Notes under the pieces: model-generated
What the model was told of the DNA's origin: nothing
The model's input: the letters and a program-made list of their open reading frames with translations, nothing else
Databases searched by the model: none
Position numbers and translations under genes: made by a program
NCBI GenBank assembly: GCA_016217965.1
Contig: JACRFI010000016.1
Span: 1,837-65,836 of the forward strand
Source: Candidatus Kaiserbacteria bacterium
GTDB lineage: Bacteria > Patescibacteriota > Minisyncoccia > Phycocordibacterales > UBA2100
Direction: 5' to 3'
Length of the DNA: 64,000 nucleotides
Part shown: one piece after another, positions 40,045-48,953 of the stretch
How positions within the stretch are numbered: position 1 is the stretch's first letter
Layout of the letters: every line of letters begins with the position of its first letter

Positions 40045-40314
40045 ATGAGCAAGATAACCATGCCTACATTTGCGGCGAGCGAGGCGAAGAATAACTTCGG
40101 GAGGCTTATCGATGCCGCGCAGCGCTCGCCTGTCGCGATCAAGCGGCGCGGCCGCTCCGTTGCGTTCGTCATCTCGCCGTCAGACATGGAGACGATTGAG
40201 GATCTATGGCTGGGTATGCAAGCGCATAAAGCGATGCGGCGAGGTAAATTCTTGAGCGCTGAGGAAACGAAGAAATATATGGACGGTGTGCTGAAGCACC
40301 ATGCTCGACGTTAG
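40045..40314 (+). CDS. Phd/YefM-family antitoxin
   Basis: 'MPTFAASEAKNNFGRLIDAAQRSPVAIKRRGRSVAFVISPSDMETIEDL' YefM fold signature; overlaps toxin gene by 14 nt. Confidence 0.7.
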   Translation: MSKITMPTFAASEAKNNFGRLIDAAQRSPVAIKRRGRSVAFVISPSDMETIEDLWLGMQAHKAMRRGKFLSAEETKKYMDGVLKHHARR

Positions 40315-40576
40315 GATACTCGACGAGGCGCAGGAAATCCTGGATGCGCTATCAGAAAAACATCGGCATCAAATTGTCAAAAAGATCGCACTGCTCGCGC
40401 AGCAGCCATATCACCCGCGTTCGAAACAGTTGGAAGGATATGCGCCGCTTCGACGCATGTCTTCTGGAGAATATCGCATTGTGTATTTCATTGAGGGCAA
40501 AGTTCTGAAAGTTCCGCTTATCGATAAGCGAGGGGATAACAAAGTATACCGACGACTTAAGCAGTTATTCGGATGA
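40301..40576 (+). CDS. RelE/ParE-family toxin
   Basis: 91 aa, 'PLRRMSSGEYRIVYFIEGKVLKV' RelE/ParE C-terminal core. Confidence 0.75.
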   Translation: MLDVRILDEAQEILDALSEKHRHQIVKKIALLAQQPYHPRSKQLEGYAPLRRMSSGEYRIVYFIEGKVLKVPLIDKRGDNKVYRRLKQLFG

Positions 40577-40605
40577 TAAATTGCTTTGAACGTCGTTATC
40601 GAAAA

Positions 40606-40773
40606 AAAGCCTGCTCTCCGAAATGTTCGGATTTACAACACAATTACGGTCGTTGACGGAGGGAAGATCTGTCCCAAACCTCGAGTTTTCTCACTACCCC
40701 AGTAGGTGATTGTACTCAATCAGCTGTTGTCCCTCGAAATGTTGCGGATGAAGTTATTGCGGCGAGGAAATAG
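40606..40773 (+). repeat. fusA 3'-end remnant copy 4 (…[26 protein letters not shown]-[28-bp insert]-VVPRNVADEVIAARK*)
   Basis: Translated similarity to EF-G C-terminus ending in in-frame TAG. Confidence 0.8.
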
Positions 40774-40785
40774 AAAAATCCTCTC

Positions 40786-40836
40786 CACACACTGCCGCGC
40801 TTAATGCGCGGCAGTGTGTCATGATTACCGCATTAC
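40786..40836 (+). promoter_or_regulatory. 14-bp perfect hairpin (CACACACTGCCGCGC-ttaat-GCGCGGCAGTGTGT) followed by GTGTCATGATTACCGCATTAC box
   Basis: Same architecture at 20008-20048, 36103-36147, 42595-42636 upstream of paralogous genes. Confidence 0.55.
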
Positions 40837-42577
40837 ACATCACCCATCTCTATTCATGCTAAAAAAAGTCGCATTCAGCAGCATCGGATTACTCCTCCTA
40901 ATCTCTCCGTTCGCAGCATCTGCAGATCTCCTTAGCGACCTCCAAGCGCAGATACAAGCACTTCTTGCGCAGATTGCGGCATTGCAGGGGACATCAATGA
41001 TCCCTGACTCGGACACTCCGACAGAGCATCCGACATCATCATGCCCACATCTGACAGTCGCTCTCCAACGGGGCAGTCGCGATGCAAATACGGGAGGACA
41101 AGTCTCAGAACTTCAAATATTTCTCGCAAATCGTTACGGTCTCAACGACGATGATATCGTGAGCGGATTCTTCGGCGCAATGACAGAGAAATACGTCATC
41201 AAATTCCAACAAGAACAAGGACTTCCCGTGTTCGGCCTCGTAGGTCCTATGACCAGGGCGAAGATCGCAGAGGTGTGCGGGGGCATCATCTCTCCGTCGA
41301 ATGCCGCATCCGAGGCAAACCCGGTACTTGTCTTTCCGCCTCGTAGAATCACGAGCGACACAAACAGCTTCTCCAACAGCTTCTCCGCGTCGCCGATGTC
41401 AGGAAGTGCGCCACTCACCGTAACGTTCTCCATGACTCAATACGGGGCGAGATCCCTACTGATAGATTTCGGAGACGGTGCGGTACAAAAAACCGACGAC
41501 TCTTGCCTTGTCGGCCCGGATTGTAAAGAACCGTACGTACGTTCGCACACTTACATCTCACCAGGCACGTATATTGTCCGACTCTCAAATGCATCCGTCT
41601 GCGACGCGCCACCCGGGGTACTGTGTTCACTCGCCCCCGATCAGATTGTCGGTACGGTGACGATCACCGTCACGGACGGGACCCGCAAATGTGGTGTAAA
41701 TTCATTTAAAGTAGTGAACCAATGTGGCACAAGCGAATACAGAAATGCGTACTTCCAGTGTTATGACGGGTATGAGCAGACCATCGGTGAGAGCAGTTCG
41801 TGCAAACCGCCCTCGGTATGGGAAGAATATGCCCGCGATGCGTGTGCCAAACATTGTTCGAACACTGCAAGCAGTATTACCGTCACATCACCCAATGGCG
41901 GAGAGCAGATCGAAATCGGACAGCCACATAAAATTACTTGGAAACAAGTCGGGCTCTCGAATGTATCCATTGCACTGTACAGAGACGATCAAGTGAAACA
42001 GTGGATTGCGCGAGATATTAGCTTGGAGAAAGATGCCGTTGACACATATGCGTACGTCTGGACACCGGCGCAAACCGACACTAACATTAATGCGTTCACA
42101 ATCTACATCACCGGCCCAAAAGCCGACGGCACAGGCTCCATCGACGACAAAAGTGACGCTCCATTCAGTTTTGCCAGTGATGCAAGCGGAGTGTGTCAAG
42201 TTGTTGACCTCTACGCCACGCAAGTCCCGGGGTATGTCTACTCTGATCTCTTTATGGTCGTGCGCGGACTGCCGACAGGATCTGGTCAGGTTAGTATCAC
42301 CGGAGCAGATTCATGGAACAATTTGATGTTCTCTTCCCAGGGGCTTGATTCTGCGGGAAATCTCCTCTTGCAAGCAAATCAAACGATTAATTCGACGGGT
42401 GTCTCGTATATTCTTGAGCGCGAGAATGCCATCACGCCAATTTCCTACGGCGGTGTATCAATATCGTGTCAATCTATTTCTGGCACGACCGCATCCGCAC
42501 AGAGTACGCAATTAGCATCAGCACTCGTTGCACTCGAATCAGCCCTCAAAGCAATGCTGAAATTGTTGGGGCAATAG
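40814..42577 (+). CDS. secreted peptidoglycan-binding-domain protein with PKD-like domains
   Basis: Probable true start ATG 40856 (MLKKVAFSS… signal peptide); coiled coil; 'GQVSELQIFLANRYGL…GFFGAMTEKYVIKFQ'; 'FGDGAVQKTDDSC' PKD-like. Confidence 0.65.
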   Translation: MCHDYRITHHPSLFMLKKVAFSSIGLLLLISPFAASADLLSDLQAQIQALLAQIAALQGTSMIPDSDTPTEHPTSSCPHLTVALQRGSRDANTGGQVSELQIFLANRYGLNDDDIVSGFFGAMTEKYVIKFQQEQGLPVFGLVGPMTRAKIAEVCGGIISPSNAASEANPVLVFPPRRITSDTNSFSNSFSASPMSGSAPLTVTFSMTQYGARSLLIDFGDGAVQKTDDSCLVGPDCKEPYVRSHTYISPGTYIVRLSNASVCDAPPGVLCSLAPDQIVGTVTITVTDGTRKCGVNSFKVVNQCGTSEYRNAYFQCYDGYEQTIGESSSCKPPSVWEEYARDACAKHCSNTASSITVTSPNGGEQIEIGQPHKITWKQVGLSNVSIALYRDDQVKQWIARDISLEKDAVDTYAYVWTPAQTDTNINAFTIYITGPKADGTGSIDDKSDAPFSFASDASGVCQVVDLYATQVPGYVYSDLFMVVRGLPTGSGQVSITGADSWNNLMFSSQGLDSAGNLLLQANQTINSTGVSYILERENAITPISYGGVSISCQSISGTTASAQSTQLASALVALESALKAMLKLLGQ

Positions 42578-42649
42578 TTTCAATGGGATCTATCCACACA
42601 AAGCTGCCTCGATCGAGGCGGCTTTGTGTCATGATGAGGGTATAACGGC

Positions 42650-43276
42650 ATGGCTTCTTTCATCATGTTTAAAAAGGTAGCGTGTGGCCTCGGATTATTT
42701 CTGCTCGTTACCCCGCTCGCTGCATCAGCGGCTCCGGTGGACGAACTCTACCTGGAATCACAATTGCACGTGTCAGAGATACTCGCTCTTCAAGTACGTT
42801 TGAACGCATTATTGACGCAGCTTGCGATATTGCAGGGACAACAGACCAACCAAGTGCCACTGCATCCAACCACGTGCCCCAAGCTCACTGTTTCTTTTTC
42901 ATTCGGTGCGTACGGCAATGATGTCTTAGAACTCCAGCGATATTTGGTCACCAACGGCTATTTAACCGCAGATTCAGTCACAGGGTTTTTTGGCGATACA
43001 ACCGATGCCGCTGTCAGGCGTTTTCAACTGGACCGAGGCATTGTGCATGGAGGAACGACGCGAACGACCGGGATCGGGATAGTGGGCCCTGCGACGAGGT
43101 TGGCGATCGCGACAAGTTGCAGTTATGGAACAGACGGCAATTACGCAACATCAACCATCGCCGCTTCGACATCGCCATCAACTACGAATACGGATCTAGT
43201 GTCGCAACTCACGATCATCTCGCAACAATTGCAGATATTGCGCGAACAAGTTCTTAACCTGCAGGCGCAGCATTGA
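42650..43276 (+). CDS. secreted peptidoglycan-binding-domain protein (short paralog)
   Basis: Signal peptide, 'NDVLELQRYLVTNGYL…GFFGDTTDAAVRRFQ', C-terminal coiled coil; RBS 'gaggg' 9 nt upstream. Confidence 0.65.
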   Translation: MASFIMFKKVACGLGLFLLVTPLAASAAPVDELYLESQLHVSEILALQVRLNALLTQLAILQGQQTNQVPLHPTTCPKLTVSFSFGAYGNDVLELQRYLVTNGYLTADSVTGFFGDTTDAAVRRFQLDRGIVHGGTTRTTGIGIVGPATRLAIATSCSYGTDGNYATSTIAASTSPSTTNTDLVSQLTIISQQLQILREQVLNLQAQH

Positions 43277-43336
43277 AAAGAGTATCCCCACTGCAGCCGC
43301 CCAATAGGGCAGTCGCGTTCGTTTTGGCTGTACACT

Positions 43337-44857
43337 GTGTCCATGCTTTCGCGCGCACGTGCATTTGGGAGGATGATGCTTCGTATCCTGTTACTCTTAG
43401 TAATATTTGGCGTGTTCGCGCCGAACTTTACATTCGCGCAGTCCTGTTCCATTTCAATTTCGCCCCAGACGGGCGTTGCGGGTTCGGGAAGGACGTTGTA
43501 TTGGTCCGTCAGCGATTATGTCGGGACGCTCGACATCAGTGGTATCGGACGTGTGGTTACAACATGTTATGCATCGGGAGAGGGTAACGGCGGTTGTACC
43601 ATGCCCCCAGTTTCCGGATCTCTCGGTATTTCGCCGTCCTATTCCACAACCTACACTGGTACAGCAGTAGACGTCTGGGGGACGGATACCTACTGCTCCG
43701 ACACCGCATACGCCACGCCCGCATACTCCCAGGCTAGTTACTACGCCCAATCCTACTACCAATCCTCATACTACAGCCCCGCCTCCTGCTCCGTCTCCCT
43801 CTCGCCAAACCCCAAATCATACGCCGGCAGCGCCACGCTCTCATGGTCCTCCTCGCAGGCACACTACTGGGTCTACATCAATAACGTCGGCTATGTGGGA
43901 GGGAGCGGCTCCATTTCAGTCTCACCATCATCAAGCACCGACTATTCCTGCTACGCGAATGGCTACGGCGGCTCTGACGGCTGGCACAGCTACACACTCA
44001 CGGTGAATCCGCCTGCCAACTGTTCCTTCAACGGCTCGACAGTCAATCACGGCAGTTCAGTCACGGCATACCAAGCAGCCACCGTCCCATACGGGCAGTC
44101 ATGTGCTTCACAATCACAATCACGCAGCTGCTCAAACGGCACGCTCTCGGGCACATACCAGTACGAAAGCTGTACCGTCGACAACCCAGCGCCTACTTGC
44201 TCTATTGCTGTCGCACCAACCACCATCACATCAGGAGAGTCTTCAACACTCACCTGGTCCTCATCAAACGCTACGACTTGCACCGGCACCAATTTCTCAA
44301 CTGGTGGTGCGACATCAGGCTCCACATCGGTCTCTCCTTCATCTAGCACCAACTACTCTGCAAGTTGCACTGGTACTGGTGGCACGACAGCATGCACTGA
44401 CACGAGCAGTGGAGGAGGGGGCGACACCACAGCCACTCTGTCAGTTGCTTGCACCGAAAGCTGGGCATGCACCGGTTCTCCAAGCAACACCATCACACAC
44501 ACCTTAGCGAATTGCTCGACAGAAACCGTTGACACCTGCGTCACGCCAGAGTTTTGTACCACAGGCTCCGCCACCTGCCTCTACAACGCGGTCTCAGGCT
44601 CCATCAGCGCTTCCCCCCGCTTGGTACGATCCGGCGCCACCACACAAGTCTCGTGGAGCACTGACGATGCGTCCTCGTGCACCGTCACAGGCAATGGAGA
44701 CACGTGGACCGGCACCACAGGCTCACAAACATCAAGCCCGATCACCGAACTCACCACCTACACCATCCATTGTGATGATGGTGATCCTGACAGTACACAA
44801 GATGATTTCACAGACAGGGTGATTGTGGTGAGGTTGCCGGGGTGGTTGGAGTTATAA
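43337..44857 (+). CDS. secreted Cys-rich Ig-like repeat surface protein (paralog of 47073 gene)
   Basis: Signal peptide, repeated 'C…SLSPNPK…TLSWSS…', Ser/Thr/Gly-rich; last about 360 aa about 85-90% identical to 47073 product; C-terminal 'VRLPGWLEL'. Confidence 0.6.
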   Translation: MSMLSRARAFGRMMLRILLLLVIFGVFAPNFTFAQSCSISISPQTGVAGSGRTLYWSVSDYVGTLDISGIGRVVTTCYASGEGNGGCTMPPVSGSLGISPSYSTTYTGTAVDVWGTDTYCSDTAYATPAYSQASYYAQSYYQSSYYSPASCSVSLSPNPKSYAGSATLSWSSSQAHYWVYINNVGYVGGSGSISVSPSSSTDYSCYANGYGGSDGWHSYTLTVNPPANCSFNGSTVNHGSSVTAYQAATVPYGQSCASQSQSRSCSNGTLSGTYQYESCTVDNPAPTCSIAVAPTTITSGESSTLTWSSSNATTCTGTNFSTGGATSGSTSVSPSSSTNYSASCTGTGGTTACTDTSSGGGGDTTATLSVACTESWACTGSPSNTITHTLANCSTETVDTCVTPEFCTTGSATCLYNAVSGSISASPRLVRSGATTQVSWSTDDASSCTVTGNGDTWTGTTGSQTSSPITELTTYTIHCDDGDPDSTQDDFTDRVIVVRLPGWLEL

Positions 44858-45405
44858 ATGCTTATTCAATTAAAAAATGTATGGACCACATGTCACTTCG
44901 AACGCAGATAGGGCTTCTCGCGCTTCTCCTTGCATGCGTTTTTATACTGTACTTATTTACAAAAGGCGGCTCGCGCGAACTTGGCAATGCAAGCAATACT
45001 TCTCAACGACAGATGGAAAGTTCTCTATCGGAGAGCATTCGGGAGGGGAAGGTGCCGCTTCCGGAATTTACGGACGAGACCAAGGCGAAACTCGATGCAA
45101 GCAAAGGCTTCCAACACTTGGTGTCCTACACGGATGGTGGCTTCGAACCCAGGGCGCTCGCGATGTCACGAGGCGAAAGTGTACGATTTACGAATAATTC
45201 TTCAATGAATCTTTGGATAGCTGCAGATGGATCAGAGGTGCAGATATATCCGCGTACGAAAGAAGTGTGTGGTTCAAGTGATCTCGATTCTTGTGAGCCA
45301 TTCATGCCGCAAGATTTTTGGGAGTTCACATTCGAGAATGCGGGGACATGGGGCATCGTGAATAATTTGGACAAAGCGAAGAGCGGGATAATCATCGTCG
45401 AATAG
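44842..45405 (+). CDS. membrane-anchored protein with cupredoxin-like domain (hypothetical)
   Basis: TM 'IGLLALLLACVFILYLF' (likely start about 44890); beta-sandwich-like 'RGESVRFTNNSS…GTWGIVNN…GIIIV'. Confidence 0.4.
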   Translation: MVGVINAYSIKKCMDHMSLRTQIGLLALLLACVFILYLFTKGGSRELGNASNTSQRQMESSLSESIREGKVPLPEFTDETKAKLDASKGFQHLVSYTDGGFEPRALAMSRGESVRFTNNSSMNLWIAADGSEVQIYPRTKEVCGSSDLDSCEPFMPQDFWEFTFENAGTWGIVNNLDKAKSGIIIVE

Positions 45406-45411
45406 GCTTCG

Positions 45412-46938
45412 CTACGTAGCACGTGCCGCTTTCTTGAACCACGAGAGCAGCCTCTCCACATCTGCCTTCCGATCCTCCGAACCGAGGACGATGATAGCGA
45501 CAGTTGCAGTTTCGTTGTGCGTAAGAACTTCAAAAATAGTTACCATTGTTTCGCGCGCTTCGTCCGTGTAGCCCGTCTTGCCACCAAGGAAGCCTTCTTT
45601 GCCGGCGAACACATTGAAGTTATTCAGCGTGTAATTGCGGCCGCTCTCCGCGCGTATCTCTTTGGTTTTCTCACGGCTGATATTGAGAATGTACGATTGG
45701 TTGTCATGAATATAGCGGGTGAGAAGAAAGAGGTCGTTTGCGGTAGACGTATTGTGGGGCGAAATGCCTGATGGGTCTTCGAGCGATGTGTTCTTCATCC
45801 CTATCGCTTGTGCCTTATCATTCATCCAGCGCAGAAAATTATCCGCTCCGTAATATCGCGACAGTGCGTACGCGACGGAATTATTCGATTCCATGAGAAG
45901 GGGATACAGAAGATTGCCGACTGCGAACGAATCATTTGCGGCGATAGAGCCTGGCGTGCCCTCTGTTTGCCTGCGGTCTTCTGCCGTAATGGCTAGTGTG
46001 CGGTCGTACTGTATTGTCTCATTCGCGACGAGCGCGGTGAGGAGTTTTGAGAGCGATGCGATCGCGCGCGGCCCATCAGTATCCCGCTCGGCGAAAACCT
46101 GGCCGCTATGTACATCGGCGATGAGAAATGCTCTTGCCGAGATTTTCGGCAGTGGCACGCCGCTCAAATTTATGACCTGCTCGTCCCTCGCGGGATCGAG
46201 GGAACCACCTGCGGTGAGCGTAGACGACTTGTCCTGAGTGGAGTCGAAGGAACTGTTCCACACAAAAATCGGCGTTCCGTTCGCAGCGAAATCGAATATC
46301 GCGGTCGCATCTTCGTTTGAGAGCCGGATGCAGCCGCCGGAATATCCTTCGGATACGGGCGTGCCATTCGGGTAGTACGGCCAGCCGTGGATGAAAAAGT
46401 TGCCGAAGAATTGCATTGAGTGAGGCATATGCACTTCACCGATTGATGAAAAATGATCATCCTCTTTCGATTGGATTTTATAGAGACCGGTCGGCGTTTC
46501 CCAGCGACTGCCGCGTTTGCCTTTGGAAAGAATGTCATATTCGGCTACGGCCTCGCCATGTTCAAAAAGGTACAGCTTCATCGCGGAAAGATCCGCTCCG
46601 ATGAGCCGCTCGTGCGCCATCTTCAGCGTTTCTATTGAAGCGGTTCCGATGGTGCGCGTTGCCAACTTGCGTTCATATTCGTTCAGTTCCTGCAAAAGCT
46701 GCACTTCGCCGACAGAGCGCATCGTGCGTTTCGCTTTTATTTCCTCAATTTGCAGCTCCAGGTTTGCTATTTCAGGGTTAAGAGCGGCGGCGATCACCAT
46801 CTCGGAACCGAACGCGGTGCCAAAGTGCGCGATAGAAACCAACACAAGGAAGCCCGCGGTGAATTTCGTAATAAATCGGAGTCCGTGCGAATCGTACGAA
46901 ATGCCCGCTTCCGAATCGCGCTCTTTTGAATCGAACAT
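45412..46938 (-). CDS. bifunctional L,D-transpeptidase (YkuD) / D-Ala-D-Ala carboxypeptidase (S11) fusion
   Basis: YkuD catalytic 'HGWPYYPNGTPVSEGYSGGCIRL'; S11 'ASLSKLLTA' SxxK motif; N-terminal membrane anchor. Confidence 0.75.
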   Translation of the reverse strand: MFDSKERDSEAGISYDSHGLRFITKFTAGFLVLVSIAHFGTAFGSEMVIAAALNPEIANLELQIEEIKAKRTMRSVGEVQLLQELNEYERKLATRTIGTASIETLKMAHERLIGADLSAMKLYLFEHGEAVAEYDILSKGKRGSRWETPTGLYKIQSKEDDHFSSIGEVHMPHSMQFFGNFFIHGWPYYPNGTPVSEGYSGGCIRLSNEDATAIFDFAANGTPIFVWNSSFDSTQDKSSTLTAGGSLDPARDEQVINLSGVPLPKISARAFLIADVHSGQVFAERDTDGPRAIASLSKLLTALVANETIQYDRTLAITAEDRRQTEGTPGSIAANDSFAVGNLLYPLLMESNNSVAYALSRYYGADNFLRWMNDKAQAIGMKNTSLEDPSGISPHNTSTANDLFLLTRYIHDNQSYILNISREKTKEIRAESGRNYTLNNFNVFAGKEGFLGGKTGYTDEARETMVTIFEVLTHNETATVAIIVLGSEDRKADVERLLSWFKKAARAT

Positions 46939-47072
46939 GTATCACTATTGTAATGGACAAAAGTTCACGCAGTCTGTCCTTTTCCCCACCACAAGGCCGC
47001 ATGTTTCGTACACTCAAGCGTACCTGGGGATAGCGCACCGACGCAGCCCATCCCGACGCTATACTTTCTCAT

Positions 47073-48680
47073 ATGTCGGGGACGCGTTCCTATGTCGTCG
47101 TTCTTACGTTTGTGGCGCTCTCTATCGCCCCGTATTTTGCGCACGCTGCGTCGCTGCCGGGCGGTGTCTTCAACCTCATCATGCGCTCCGACGGCCTGTG
47201 CATGGACGTGTACGCCAACCAGGCCGTGAGCGGCCAAAACATCGACAACTGGCACTGCAACGGTACGACAGCTCAGACGTTCCGCGCCGAGTCGCTCGGC
47301 GGCGATGTGTACCGCATCATCAACACAAATTCCGGCATGTGCGTGGACGTCTACGGAAACGACACCAGTGAAGGAGCAGATGTGGTCCAAGCGTGGTGCA
47401 ATGGGTCCAGCGCGCAATCGTTCCAGGCTGCTGATGCTGGCAGCGGGTATGTGTATCTCGTCAACACCAATAGCGGCAAGTGCGTAGGATTCGGCGGCAC
47501 GTTCCAGTGGCAAAATACCGACCAAGGCAATTGGCAGTGGGTTCCGGACGTGCGGATGTATTCGTGTAATGGCGCCGCCGACCGGCAGTGGTATCCGGCA
47601 GCGCCCGCATCGTGTTCCATCTCCCTCTCACCGAATCCGAAAGACTATGCCGCAGCGGCGACGCTTTCCTGGTCAAGCTCATACGCAAACTCCTGGCTCT
47701 ACATCAATAACGTGGGATACGTGGGGGCTTCCGGCGCAGTTACCGTCGCGCCAACTTCAAATACCGACTATTCATGCGTCGCCTACGGTTCCGGCGGCAG
47801 CGACGGCTGGCACAGCGCAATCTTGTACGTGAATGCTCCTTCCAATTGCACCGCGCCGTGGGGAAGCGCAGTCTCGCACGGCTCGTCTGTCATCGCATAC
47901 CAAGCAGCAACGGTGCCATATGGTTCCTTGTGCGTTTCCCAAACACGCTCTTGTTCTAACGGAAGCCTCAGCGACTCATACGAGTATCAATCCTGCTCCG
48001 TGGATAATCCTGCACCCACCTGCTCCATCTCTGTCGCTCCAACCACAATTACCTCAGGAGAATCATCAACACTCACCTGGTCCTCATCAAATGCCACGAC
48101 CTGTACCGGTACCAATTTCTCCACAGGAGGCGCCACCTCCGGCTCGACATCAGTATCTCCCTCATCCAGCACCAACTACTCTGCAAGTTGCACAGGTACC
48201 GGGGGCACAACAGCATGCACTGACACGAGCAGTGGAGGAGGAGGCGACACCACCGCCACTCTGTCAGTTGCATGCACTGAAAGTTGGGCTTGCACCGGCG
48301 CAGGCGGAAGCACCATCACACACACCTTAGCGAATTGCTCAACAGAAACCATCGACACCTGCGTCAGCCCTGAGTTCTGCACCACAGGCTCTGCCCTCTG
48401 CCTCTACGACGCCGTCACCGGTTCCATCACTGCTTCCCCCCGCCTCGTCACCTCAGGCAAGACGACAACCGTCTCCTGGTCTACTGACGATGCCGTCTCC
48501 TGCACTGTCACAGGAAACGGAGACACCTGGATTGGTACCTCAGGCTCACAGACATCAAGCCCCATCACCGAACTCACTACGTACACCATCCGCTGTGATG
48601 ATGGCGACCCTGATACCACACAAGACGATTTCACAGACAAAGTGCATATCGTGCGGTTGCCGGGGTGGTTGGAGTTATAA
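47073..48680 (+). CDS. secreted ricin-B-lectin + Ig-like repeat surface protein
   Basis: Signal peptide; beta-trefoil repeats with Q-x-W ('AQTF','AQSF','RQWY') and 'CMDVY/CVDVY'; C-terminal about 360 aa paralogous to 43337 gene. Confidence 0.7.
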   Translation: MSGTRSYVVVLTFVALSIAPYFAHAASLPGGVFNLIMRSDGLCMDVYANQAVSGQNIDNWHCNGTTAQTFRAESLGGDVYRIINTNSGMCVDVYGNDTSEGADVVQAWCNGSSAQSFQAADAGSGYVYLVNTNSGKCVGFGGTFQWQNTDQGNWQWVPDVRMYSCNGAADRQWYPAAPASCSISLSPNPKDYAAAATLSWSSSYANSWLYINNVGYVGASGAVTVAPTSNTDYSCVAYGSGGSDGWHSAILYVNAPSNCTAPWGSAVSHGSSVIAYQAATVPYGSLCVSQTRSCSNGSLSDSYEYQSCSVDNPAPTCSISVAPTTITSGESSTLTWSSSNATTCTGTNFSTGGATSGSTSVSPSSSTNYSASCTGTGGTTACTDTSSGGGGDTTATLSVACTESWACTGAGGSTITHTLANCSTETIDTCVSPEFCTTGSALCLYDAVTGSITASPRLVTSGKTTTVSWSTDDAVSCTVTGNGDTWIGTSGSQTSSPITELTTYTIRCDDGDPDTTQDDFTDKVHIVRLPGWLEL

Positions 48681-48920
48681 CTCAAGCCGCACAAAGAATT
48701 TCGATGTAGCGAGAATCGTGAGAATTTTACTTGCACTCCAGAAGTCTTTTGATACTATGCCGGTACGCACGCTCTGTGCGTATTTCTTTGCCTAATTTCT
48801 TCTGTGTGGAGTAGCGACCCACCATCAAGCAGGGAGGGGCGGCAAGAAACTACCGGAGCACCGAGGCGTTCGCCTCACTCGCGTTGGCAATTATCATTAC
48901 TAGTTAATTTATTTTTTGCG

Positions 48921-48953
48921 GCTGCTAGCTACAAGCTACCAGCTACAAGCTAA
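48921..48953 (+). promoter_or_regulatory. CTAGCT/AGCTAC-type repeat block upstream of tuf
   Basis: 'gctgctagctacaagctaccagctacaagcta'; related blocks at 5505-5530, 6749-6775, 7481-7512, 25884-25912, 50161-50205. Confidence 0.4.

Noticed and set aside
36095-42640. Considered integron attC sites for the imperfect palindromes at cassette junctions
   Set aside because: No IntI-type integrase or attI is present. The hairpins lack the R''/L''-L'/R' box organisation and track a specific gene family (PG-binding paralogs) rather than every cassette. I kept them as an unexplained structured element instead.
43780-48680. Considered whether the two about 1.1-kb near-identical segments are a diversity-generating-retroelement template/variable repeat pair
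   Set aside because: Differences are spread over all four bases and mostly synonymous, not adenine-specific. The repeats are about 1 kb, far longer than a TR/VR. No reverse transcriptase gene is present in the window.
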